A DNA stretch of 64,000 nt from Lepidodermella squamata (Eukaryota; Animalia; Gastrotricha): the NCBI GenBank assembly GCA_047495785.1, contig JBLDXI010000046.1, positions 124,001 through 188,000 on the forward strand. Direction: 5' to 3'. The translations under genes were made by a program, and so were the position numbers. The notes under the pieces are model-generated. The model was given only the letters and a program-made list of their open reading frames with translations, was not told where the DNA came from and ran no database searches. Below are positions 43,151 to 53,900 of this stretch, piece by piece; position 1 is the stretch's first letter; each line of letters begins with the position of its first letter.

Positions 43151-45084
43151 GTATCACAACCGCCGCCACGTTATTCGTAAGTAGCCCTTTGATATTTTCA
43201 TTTATAAAATACAAAAACAATTAGAGTTCGTGAAGCACAAATAAGGATTGTTCTTCTCTTTCCGCGCAAAACTACTCTCGTTGGCCTTGTTAATAAACAG
43301 GTATGGCCTCATCTAATAGCATGTTGCCCTTACTCTTCTGGGGCATTTCTATCATACCGATAGCCTATATTTATTTAATTGTTTTGTGGCAGATATCGAG
43401 AGAGGTTTATCGAAGCCCTCTAAGCCGGATCGCCGTGAACCTCAATACACTGTCGATCTAACCATTTTCAATCATGAAATACCAGAACATAGCGCTGAAT
43501 TATGTCCAGCATATCCATTTGCCGATGGAAAAACTCCGAAAATTCTCAACAAAAATGGTGAGAAATTCTAAATCATTCAAATTAAAACATTATTGGCTTA
43601 TAATTTCTAAGTTAGATAATGAAAAAAAACCGAGATAAATTATTTTGAATCCTATTTCAATCCTATTGTCAATTATAATGTTCATCATTTTTTGATAATT
43701 TATTAAATTTTGAAAATATTTTGAAAAACTTCGAATTTTCCCTAATTATTTCCTTTAGATTTGGAGACATTTTCTGTTCCGAGTATGGATGAAATCAAAG
43801 GTCAGAATATCGATGTCAAAATGGGCGGTCATTATTGGCCCCCTAATTGCCGCACGCTGGAAAGCGTCGCCTTAATATTGCCATATCGAAATCGCGAAAA
43901 AAACCTGCGCGCTTTTCTATCAATCATGCACCCGCTGCTACAACGCCAACGCCTTCACTACGCCATTTTCATCGTCGAACAGCTTGATGACGAGCCGTTC
44001 AACAGAGGCGCTTTGCTCAATGTTGGCTTCGACATGGCGATGCGACTCTTCAATTGGACCTGTGTCATTTTTCATGATATTGACAAGGTGCCATATGACC
44101 AGCGGCAAGATTACGGGTGTCCGAAACCAGGTGATGTTCGCCATATGGCCCAGTTCCAGGACAGATTCAACGGATGGTAAATAAACGTGAAATTCATTTC
44201 AAATATTTTCTAAATTAGTCTAAAATTCGTATATTTTCAAGGATTTTATCATTCAATTATCATCGATCTCCTAATTTCTTCTGAAAATTTTAAAAATTCC
44301 ACAAAAAATTTAAATATAAAATTTTGAATTACCGATTTTTTTTTAAATAATTTTTTTTTATCTAGGCTTTGGAGAGATGGATTTTTTGGTGGAGTGAACG
44401 CTATTCGATCCGATGATGTTCGTCGCATGAATGGCTTCAGCAATATTTACTTCGGCTACGGTTTCGAAGACGATGAAATGCTGGCTCGTTGTACTGCTGC
44501 CGGTCTCAAAATTTGTAAAAACTTTCAATTTTTCAATAAATTTCATTTTTTTATGCTTCAATTATTTTCAGATAGAGAACACCCTGTTGTAGCCACGTTC
44601 GGAAATTTCGAACATTCGGACAAGCCAAATACAGCATTCGATAAGTCGGTCGAACAATTTCCTAATTAATTTTCATTTTTTCAAATATTTTCCGCTTCAG
44701 TGAATTTCTGCTGGACAGCATTGACGCTAGAATAGCTCACGATGGCCTGACCTCACTTGGCATCTATGATTTCAACACCACAGTCGAATTAAAGCCCCTT
44801 ATCACAAGAATAACTGTTAAATTGAATGCTACATCGATGTTAAAGGTAAAGGAAAATATTACGAGAATTTTAAATAAAATATTTACAATTATTTTTGATA
44901 GGCATTTTTCCGAAAATTCCCTCGATTAGCGCTTTCTATCGCTTACCAGCTCAATTTGAACCGGACAGAAATTGCTGATTTTTATTACGAGAAAAATCCT
45001 ATAAAATCTGAGAAATTATTCTACGGACTCGTTTTTAGTACCACGTTCTCAAAATTAATTTCATCATTTTTCAAATTATTCTAA
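43151..45084 (+). CDS. GT7 beta-1,4-galactosyl/GalNAc-transferase-like protein, multi-exon, 5-prime end uncertain
   Basis: VALILPYRNRE, FNRGALLNVGF, FHDID, FFGGV, NGFSN..EDDE, DGLTSL; exons joined by GT-AG introns to a stop at 45084. Confidence 0.8.
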
Positions 45085-45300
45085 AAATTCTCAATAAATA
45101 AATAAAATTATTATAAAATTATTCAGTATTGAGTGCCGCGCATGAAGTATTCCAGCTTTTTGTTATGCGCACTCTGTAATTATTGATTATTGAGAAAAAA
45201 CGTTGCCTAGCAACCATTGTGCGAAGTAGGAAAGGTGAGAGTGGCTTAATCACAACCGCAGTTTATAAAAACATTACTGCTATTTCCTGCTAAAAAGAAA

Positions 45301-47868
45301 ATGCCGTCGCCTAAAATTAACCGCAAAAAATCCAACTTGGAGCCTACTGGCGCAATTAAATCTGGGTCACAAACCGCCCGAGCCGCGACTTCTCTCGACA
45401 AATACCGGTCGAATTTGCCGAATTTCGGTAGATTTATCTGCAAAATTAAACTGACAACCGAATTCGGGTTATCAAGCCATCGCCTCAACGCGTTTCTTTG
45501 CTCAATCAAGCATGACACTGGCATAATTTCAGGGGTTATCACCGACTACGGTCTGATACGAGGTCTTAATTTGAGGAATCGAACAATTTTACTTCAAAGT
45601 TCAGCGATATCGATCGATTTTGAGACATCGAAATTCTGCCTAACCATGCGTGACGATATTTCAAATTTTATCGCCGATCAGTGGTTGAACTTCACCTTCT
45701 TCGAGCTACAGCCTAATATTGCGGCGAAATTCAAAGAGAGGGGCCTTATTTTTCCGGTGTTGATGGAACGGGAAGAACTGATGACCGGCTCGCCGGTGAC
45801 CTTGTACCAATTGAGGCATAACATTGCGTATTTGGGCGACTCGAAAATTTTGAAAATTTTCAACGATGAAACTTTTGTGACCCATCTGCCTCATAATTCG
45901 GAATCCAATGGACTTCCAGCTTTTGATAGGGTAAGAAATAAATTTCAAAATTTTTCAAAATTAATTGCCTCAATTTTCAAATAATTTGCAGAATATTCGA
46001 AGAATAATTGGAATTCAGCGCGATATGACAGATGTTAGTCCTAAAGCTGTAGGCGATACCGGCCCGATTCATCCAGCTTCGAAAGTTGCAAAATCGATCA
46101 TTCGAACCTTTGCAGATCGAATTTTAGCCGGAGAAGCAATCGTTTACCAAACCACGTCAAAAACTGATGAATCATCTGCAGAAAAAGATGAATCGAAATC
46201 TCAAGAAGAGGATAAATTGGATGAGATACCTCAGGATCGAAGCGTCATTTCTGAACCAATTTTGAAAGTCAAAAGACTCAAGGTAAATTTCAAATTTTCA
46301 AAATTTAAATTTATTGGAAAAATTTAATTTTGCTTCATAGATGACATTTGTCAAGGTACTTTTTCGTGAATTTTTGTAATATATTTTTCGTACGAGTTTT
46401 CACCCAATTTAATTGCACTTTTCGGAGTTGATGTTTTTTGATAAAATTATTCGAAATTTGCTCAAAAGGATTTACATATTTTTTGTTATTCTATTGTTTT
46501 AATTTATAGCCTTCGAAATTCATCGAATTTTTCGAGTCCACGGATATCCCGGATCGTCGGACCAAATATCACATTTTACATGTCCTTCAAGGTATTTAAT
46601 TCGATTTTTTTTCAATTTTTATTCCAATTTATTTTCTCCTCAGAATGCGACTTGACTGTCGATGATTTAATGCGAATGGACGCTAATCAAATGAAATCTA
46701 TTCTCAAAAATATTGAACTCAGAAAGCAGGCTGTTCTATGGTTAGGAGCTGTTGAAGTCCTTCGAAAGCAACAGGTAATTTTTTTTAATTTAAAATTAAA
46801 TTTTTACGAATTTTTCGAGTAGCTGGAGCGTGAAGGATTGGTTTTACACTGGGCCTCTGAGCAGGGCAATTTACCAGCAGTTCACGGCCTTCTCAACCAA
46901 AAGCACCTCGAACGGCCGGACCGCGATTACATAATCGACTACCGCGACATTGGCTTCGACAACTGCACGGCCCTCGTCGACGCAGCTCAAAGCGGGCATT
47001 TATCAATAGTTCAATATTTACTGCCTAAACAGTTGGAAAATCGGGCTAAAATCTGCGATTTCGATGAGCAGATCAAATCGGCCATGTTCAAGGCGGCTGA
47101 AGCTGGCCATGTTGATGTCGTTCAATACTTGATCGAAAATGTCAAGCAGCTAGACACAGCTCGAAATAAATTAGGTAAAATTATTTCCCACGCCCAAGTG
47201 TCAAAGAAAAATTCGCGAAATCGGTGTCGGTTTTTAAAGTTTTATCCTCGGCTTCAAATTATCTATCGAATGAGTATAAGCATGATTAGGTTGTGCGATA
47301 ATTGGGTCAAGGCTAATTTTTATTAAGGTGGATTAGTGAGTGTGCGCAATAATTAAGTGTGCGCATTTTTTATTGCACGCGCCTAATTTTTTCACACGCT
47401 TCTAATAATTTTTTTATTGTAGGTGAATTAGCATTACACCGTGCAAGTTTTTCCGGTCGTCTGCGAGTTGTTCAATTTTTTGTCATCGACCGCCATTTCA
47501 GCCTCGAAGTGAAGGGCAAATACGGCTGGACGCCATTTTTGTACGCCGCAGCTGGCGGTTCAGTCGACGTTTGCCGCTTTCTCGCCGAGCAAGGCGCGCA
47601 CGTCCGGGCTCAGGATATGTCGATAAGTGGCGATTTCGCCATGCATTTAGCCGCCTACTACGGCCGGCCGGATGTAGTCAAGTACCTAGTTGAGCTGGAT
47701 GGCGGCGCCGGTATGCTGACTATGGGCAATGCGCTTGGTTTCACGCCGCTGCAGCGGGCTAAATCGCAGAATAACGCATCGACAGCGGCTCTAATTGCTG
47801 AGGCCATAGCTGCTATGCCGGCTGAGCCAAAAGAAAAAGAAATCGCTATAAAATTTACTGATTATTGA
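45301..47868 (+). CDS. Ankyrin-repeat protein with an uncharacterised N-terminal region, multi-exon
   Basis: About six ankyrin repeats (LHWASEQG, ALVDAAQSG, ALHRASFSG, TPFLYAAAGG, MHLAAYYG). Linkage of the 45301-46773 exons is inferred from splice sites. Confidence 0.7.
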
Positions 47869-48137
47869 AATTTTTCGAATTTTTTCAATAAAATAAAAAG
47901 GTGCGTGAAAAGTTGAAGGGTAATTATTATGTCTAATATTATAAATGAAAATGTCCGAAAATGAGGTCAAATATCAGACAGCTAATTGAAGACGAGTTTA
48001 TCGAGAATCGCAATAGATTTTTTGAACGAGAACTAATTTTCAAAAATGAATAACAATGCCTCAGTTGGATAATTGGCTGCATTAATAAGCCGATTTTTTT
48101 CGAAAATTTGCAGAATTTTTTTGGTTGATAGTTGAAC

Positions 48138-48980
48138 ATGAGGAATTTCTGTGCCTATCTAGCTCTTTTTGCTGCCCTGGCGGGTAAAAAATTCTCGTCC
48201 TTATTTATTTTCCAATTTTAATATTTTTTTCAGTTATTTGTGTTAGGGCCACTGAGAAGAATGAAGGCGATCATGCTCAACTTCTGGAACGGCTTCAAAC
48301 TCTGACGAAATCGCTGGACGAAGCGGAGTTGAATGCGGCTGCTCGCAAGGGAAATCTGCTTCAAATGGTGAAAAGGCCGAAACAACGTGGGCTCACTGGC
48401 CCTACCGGACCTCCCGGACCCTTTGGACCTACTGGACCTACTGGACCCGCTGGCTTGCCTGGACTGAACGGCGTACCAGGTACCCATAATGATATTTTTC
48501 AAATTTCCAGCAAGTCTCAAAATTTCAAGGATCCGATTTTGAAATTTTTCAAATTTAGTAGTAAAATTCTAAAATTTTTATTTTTTAATTCATTAAATTA
48601 AAAAAAATTAAATTAATACCTAAATTAAATTTCAAAATTTTTCAAACTTTTTTCAAAATTTCAGAATTAATTTTTTTGAAATTTCATTTCGAACATTGTG
48701 ACTTACAGGTGATACTGGACCTGTTGGACCACCTGGACCTCCCTTGGTTGGCGCCCCTGGTGGTCTTGGTACTACCGGCCCCACCGGACCTACAGGTCAA
48801 ACAGGTCCTGTTGGCGCACCCGGAACACCCGGCGAACCCGGCTACGACTGCGAGCACGAGATCAAAGAAATTCGCCGCCAAATTAAAGCTATCCTCGAAT
48901 GCATCGCCGAACTCTCTCACAAAAAGAAAAAGCACCACATGGGCGCTGAACAGCCAGATGACCTGAAGCTTAAAATCTAA
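48138..48980 (+). CDS. Short secreted collagen-like protein with flanking coiled-coil-like segments, 3 exons
   Basis: Signal peptide [21 protein letters not shown]; 14 + 10 Gly-X-Y triplets with one interruption; C-terminal [18 protein letters not shown]. Confidence 0.85.
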
Positions 48981-49067
48981 CGACCTCGTTGTATAATAAA
49001 TATTTATTATTTATTCGAAATAAAATCCATTGATGATCAATAAAATTTTGGCGCAATGTGTTTTGTG

Positions 49068-49496
49068 TCACCCTATTCTCGCGCCGTCAGTCCGGCATAT
49101 TCTAGCGACGATAGGTATAGCTCGAGCTGCTGGTCCGCCGAATTTTTCGAAGCATCTATCCATTTTTCGCTCGGCTTGATCGCGATAGGCGATTTCGAAC
49201 GCTTTCGACAACCAAATTTTCAATTCTTCCTTTCGCTGAGAAGAGACGCGTGGCGGGGGGTTTCGACCTTGAACTGAGAAAGTTAAAATAAAATAAAAAA
49301 ATTAAGAAAAATTGCGAATAATTTTGAAATTTTGAAATTAAAATGAATAATTTTTCAGTCAAATTTTATTATTATTTTTAAACACCCTACCTGCGTTATC
49401 AGTGATAATTGGAGATAAGATTGAAGAAAAGATCGGGGCGATAAATGCGACTAATAGCAGGAGCGAAACGTTCGAAATATATGTTATTTTTGCCAT
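49068..49496 (-). CDS. Small secreted prepropeptide, 103 aa (exons 49496-49391, 49273-49068), C-x18-C family member B
   Basis: Manual splice gives MAKITYISNVSLLLLVAFIAPIFSSILSPIITDNA-V-QGRNPPPRVSSQRKEELKIWLSKAFEIAYRDQAERKMDRCFEKFGGPAARAIPIVARICRTDGARIG. Phase-1 intron as in member A; absent from the ORF track. Confidence 0.8.
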
Positions 49497-50104
49497 AATT
49501 TGTAAAATTTTTCCACAAAAAAATTCAAAGCTATTATGAAATTAAACCGCACGCATCACTTAGCGTGGGGGACTGAATGTGCGGGATTAGTGGGAATCGA
49601 GAGTCGCTTTAAAATATTAAAGCCAGCTTAAAATCGAGGGATTTTACTTATATCGCGATAGAAATAAATTATTGTAACTCCCACGCTTACTTCCGTTTCG
49701 CCTCACTTGCCGAGTTGAAATATTGCTCTTTTGTTTAATAATGCGTAATGCGTGGAGTGGAAATTATACATATATCCAGAGCTAAAAATATATAATCTGA
49801 AATTTCTATCAGAATTTTTGTACGATTTTAAAAGCGTTCGCATTTCAAAATGTTACGACAGTTTTTAATAAAACGACCTAATTTTATCGCAATTTTTTTA
49901 ATGAGCGTGATGAATAAAATCTAACGACATTTTTTGCCTGATATTTTGGACAATAGGAATATCGAGAATATCAGTAGAATCGAATTTTGAAAATTCAGTC
50001 AGCTCAAATTTGAAATGACCGTTGATATCCGTGAGTCGACTGCGCATAAAAAATAACATCAGAATTTATTGCGCGACGAGTTATTAATTGATGCAATAAA
50101 AACT

Positions 50105-50250
50105 CATTTTTTAAGCGCGCATTTTTCGCGATTTTCACCCGTAAACTTTGAAGCCCATTTTCTCAACGACCCTGGTGACTATCAACTATCAACCTATGTT
50201 TGATATCGTTCGATTCCTCGTTAAGTGATCTTGAAAGCGGCATCAAAATC
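50105..50250. repeat. Second copy of the dispersed repeat at 33882-34020
   Basis: Direct sequence match with scattered substitutions and a short CTATCAA duplication. Confidence 0.75.
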
Positions 50251-50932
50251 CCAAAATGAAAAACTTTTCACCCAAGCTCGTTAACGGTCAAATCTGGTGC
50301 AAACCATATAGGATCCCTTGCTCCTTGCTGGATTTTAGGCCCAAGTACATTTCACATTTACCTCTCGATAAAATGTGTCTCATTATTACAAGTATTTTGC
50401 GTAATTATCGGTCAGCTTACGAGTCATACTTCAGCCTGCAGAGCCGATATCGATTCCGAGTATCGATTTTACAAATCTGTGATTTTTCCGATATCAGCAG
50501 TATAGGAAGCCAAAATTTTAAATATTATTTATTCACACTTCAGTGAAAGAGAAAAAATTGTCAAAATGCTTAAATCTTGATCAAGTTTTGAAATCATCAA
50601 AAATACCTAATAATTCCTGATAATAATCGTTATTTTGAACTCGTTTTTATATGAGCCGCGTATGAGAGATTCGAAAATTGGAACGAGTCGAGTCTATCAA
50701 TTGTTCTTGGTACCAAAACGTAACACCAAGCAACACCAGGTTCTGATTGCAAGCAGTGCGGAAAAAAGCAGATAAATCTCGAAAAAACATACGGCAATTC
50801 ACACCTGCAACTATTATGATAAGTGCAATTATCACACCTTAAACGCTCGAAAATAATGATGAAAAATTAACGAATCACAAAACGATAGGGCGCCTTACAT
50901 TCACTCGCACAGTTTTTTCCGATGCGAGAAAA

Positions 50933-53900
50933 ATGTGGCGAAATTTTGTGATTTTCCTATGTTGCTTCGACGTAGTATGGACGCAACTGGACCCGGCTAA
51001 CCTGCTGGTCTATTGGCCGATGAATAAGCAATTCGGCCGGAACCCGACCAGTTCAGACGCGAGTTTAGCCCTGGCGACTAGCAACTCGTCGGGGCTGCCT
51101 TTAATAACAGGTCCTTACTTCGGTAACGGAGCTTTTGAGACGAAATCAACGACAAGTTCGATCATTAATTTCAAGCTACCTTCAAAAGTTGTGTCGGATT
51201 CTAGCCAGCCTATTACAATATCAGCAATCGTTCAGATAAACAAAGGCGAGCGGTTTTTCGACTGTAACATGGATTCTGATGACACGCAAATGTGGGTCGG
51301 GCGGCATAGTTCGACTAATCAGCGGATGCAGTACTCGTCTGGCTCATCGTCGAGCCCGGCTGGTAGAACGATCAACTTTGATGACAGCGATTGCCAGCTT
51401 GGCGGCAGTTGGGGCCTGGTTGGCATCACGTGGGATCCGGCTAATAAATATGTCTCCATGTTTTGCAAATCTTCGTTAGGATCTCAGCAGAGCTATGTCA
51501 GCTATGCGACAACAGGCACTTGCAGTCTTGGTGTCATAAGGTAAGCAAGCTGTGGTTAAATTGGGCCTAACCAGGTGAAATAAACCGAAAATTACCGACC
51601 CAGTTACCATCGGGATTTTCTTCGGTAAACAGAGTACCGGGGGGTACGGGGGTACTGTACCCCCCACCTCCAGAGGTCAAGGCAAGGAAACCCCAAAAGG
51701 GGGACCCTTTGCCGATAAAGCGCCAAATATACCCGAAAAACCGATGGTTTGGTGATTTTCGGTATTTTACACCGGAAACAAGTAAATTCTGATATTTATC
51801 CGACCTACGATAGTAACCGATTTCAGTAACATTTGTTATTTGTTATTTATTTTCTTTTACTCAGGGCATCGGCTTCCTGGCTACCAGACTATCCAACATC
51901 GTCGCAGTACGCTTGTTTGTCGGTCTTCAACGAGGCTGTCGACAGTGTCGATGATCTGACGTATCTGAGCTCGCTGTGCAGAACCATGCAACAGTTGTGC
52001 CCTTCGCAGAACTGCCTACCCGAAACTTGCCGGTTCAACGGAACTGGCTACAGCTGCACCTGCGACCCATTGTGGGCCGGATCTTGGGACTGCACTGTCG
52101 GTAAGTCCAATCCACCGTCTACTTCTTTTCATTCCTAAAATAGAGCCGAGTAAGGTTGGTGAGGCTGGTCAAAACCATCTTTTTCAAGGTTAAAAGCTCA
52201 GAAGATTATAAAATTTTAACCAAAGAATCTTAGTCTATATCACTTGGGCCATCTGAATTTCTGAATTTCTGAATAACATTCTGAATTTCTTTTTCTAGCT
52301 CAATGCGTACCAGCTTGCCAAAACGGCGGAACTTGCACGTCAGGAACTTGCTCGTTAGTTTTTTCAAGCGATTTGGCCTTAAAAATGCTTCTTGATTTTC
52401 TTTATCATCTCCTATGCAGATGCCGTAGCGGATGGACAGGGGCACAATGTCAGACGTTCACCTGTAGCCCAACATGCCAGAATGGCGGAACTTGCACGGG
52501 ACCTAACACTTGCACCTGCGCGTAAAACGAAAGAATCGATTGTTATATTTTCCCTCATGAATTTCATGATTTAGAACTGGTTGGTCAAATGCAACTTGCA
52601 CAACCCCAATTTGCACGAATGCTTGCCAAAACGGTGGAACGTGTACAGCCCCGAACAATTGCACGTAAGCCTCGATCATTTTTTGCATATCATATGCTAT
52701 TTTTTCGATGATAACGAATCCAGATGTACGACACAATACGAAGGCCCAACATGCACAGCTCGTGAGTATTCATATCTAATTGGAGTAGGGAGTGAAAGTT
52801 CTAACTTTAACAGCTCGCTGCGTTCCATCGTGCAAAAATGGAGGAACGTGTCCAGCTCCTGCGAGTGCTTGTCAATGCACGTAAGTAATGACCTACACTT
52901 AAGTCCTCAGCAATTGAAATTCTCCTCAAAACTTTAAGCAATGACTACTCAGGCAATGACTGCAGCCAAGGTATGAGTTTATCTAAAATCCCTATATGAA
53001 TTCTACAAAGATTTTGTTCCGATCGAAACTCAGCTGTCTGCAATCCGGTATGAGTATGTGAAAATTAGAAAATTTCGATAACTTCCTTCGTTTAGGTTTG
53101 CCAAAATGGAGGAAACTGCACAGGTAACATAGACTTTGAGCGTTTTTTTCCGAAATTGATTTAATTTTTTTTCAACAGCTCCCAATGTTTGCACGTAAGT
53201 CAAGATTTTATGTATGTTAGCGGTGGCTATCCGAGGGTTTTCAAGTTGCCCAACGAATCTATGGAACGGTACGGCTTGCACATCGCCCCTCTGCGTTCCA
53301 GGGTGCCAAAATGGCGGCAGCTGCGTATCAGGAGGCGTTTGTGCTTGCAAGTAAGTTTTGACCTCGTTCAGAGCCCTAAAATTCGGCTTTCATCAATTCT
53401 AGTACTGGAACAACTGGGAACCGGTGTCAGAACTTTATCTGTACCCCACCTTGTGTAAATGGCTACTGTGGAGTCGGGGCGATGTGCTATTGCGATTTTG
53501 GTTATGCCGGAACGCTTTGTGACCTAGGTAAATGTCTTTTACGAGAAAATTCGAACTAATCAAGAATGCTTTCGAAATGTCAATTTTTTCCAATTTTTCA
53601 TTTTCATACAAAGCTTACAATTCATTATCTAGATTATTGCACGACGCAATGTGAAAATGGAGGTGTTTGTAAGGCCGGCTATTGCAAATGCCCAGCCCCA
53701 TGGACCGGAGCCACTTGCACGACAGAATTCTGCACACCAGCCTGCGAAAATGGCGGTACATGCAAAGACCAAGAATGCCAATGCCGTCCTGCATTCACCG
53801 GGCCGACTTGCAACATTAGTAAGCCTCGCAAGCCTATCAATAATTAATGAAACGATTCTTGTTCCAAAGCGTGCCCTGATCCGTGTAGAAATGGCGGAAC

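Noticed and set aside
43303-43461. ATG-initiated hydrophobic ORF (MASSNSMLPLLFWGISII...) as the GT7 signal anchor
   Set aside because: It is out of frame with the downstream stem exon and ends in a stop. An alternative spliced 5-prime end is possible, so neither a start nor a frameshift is called.
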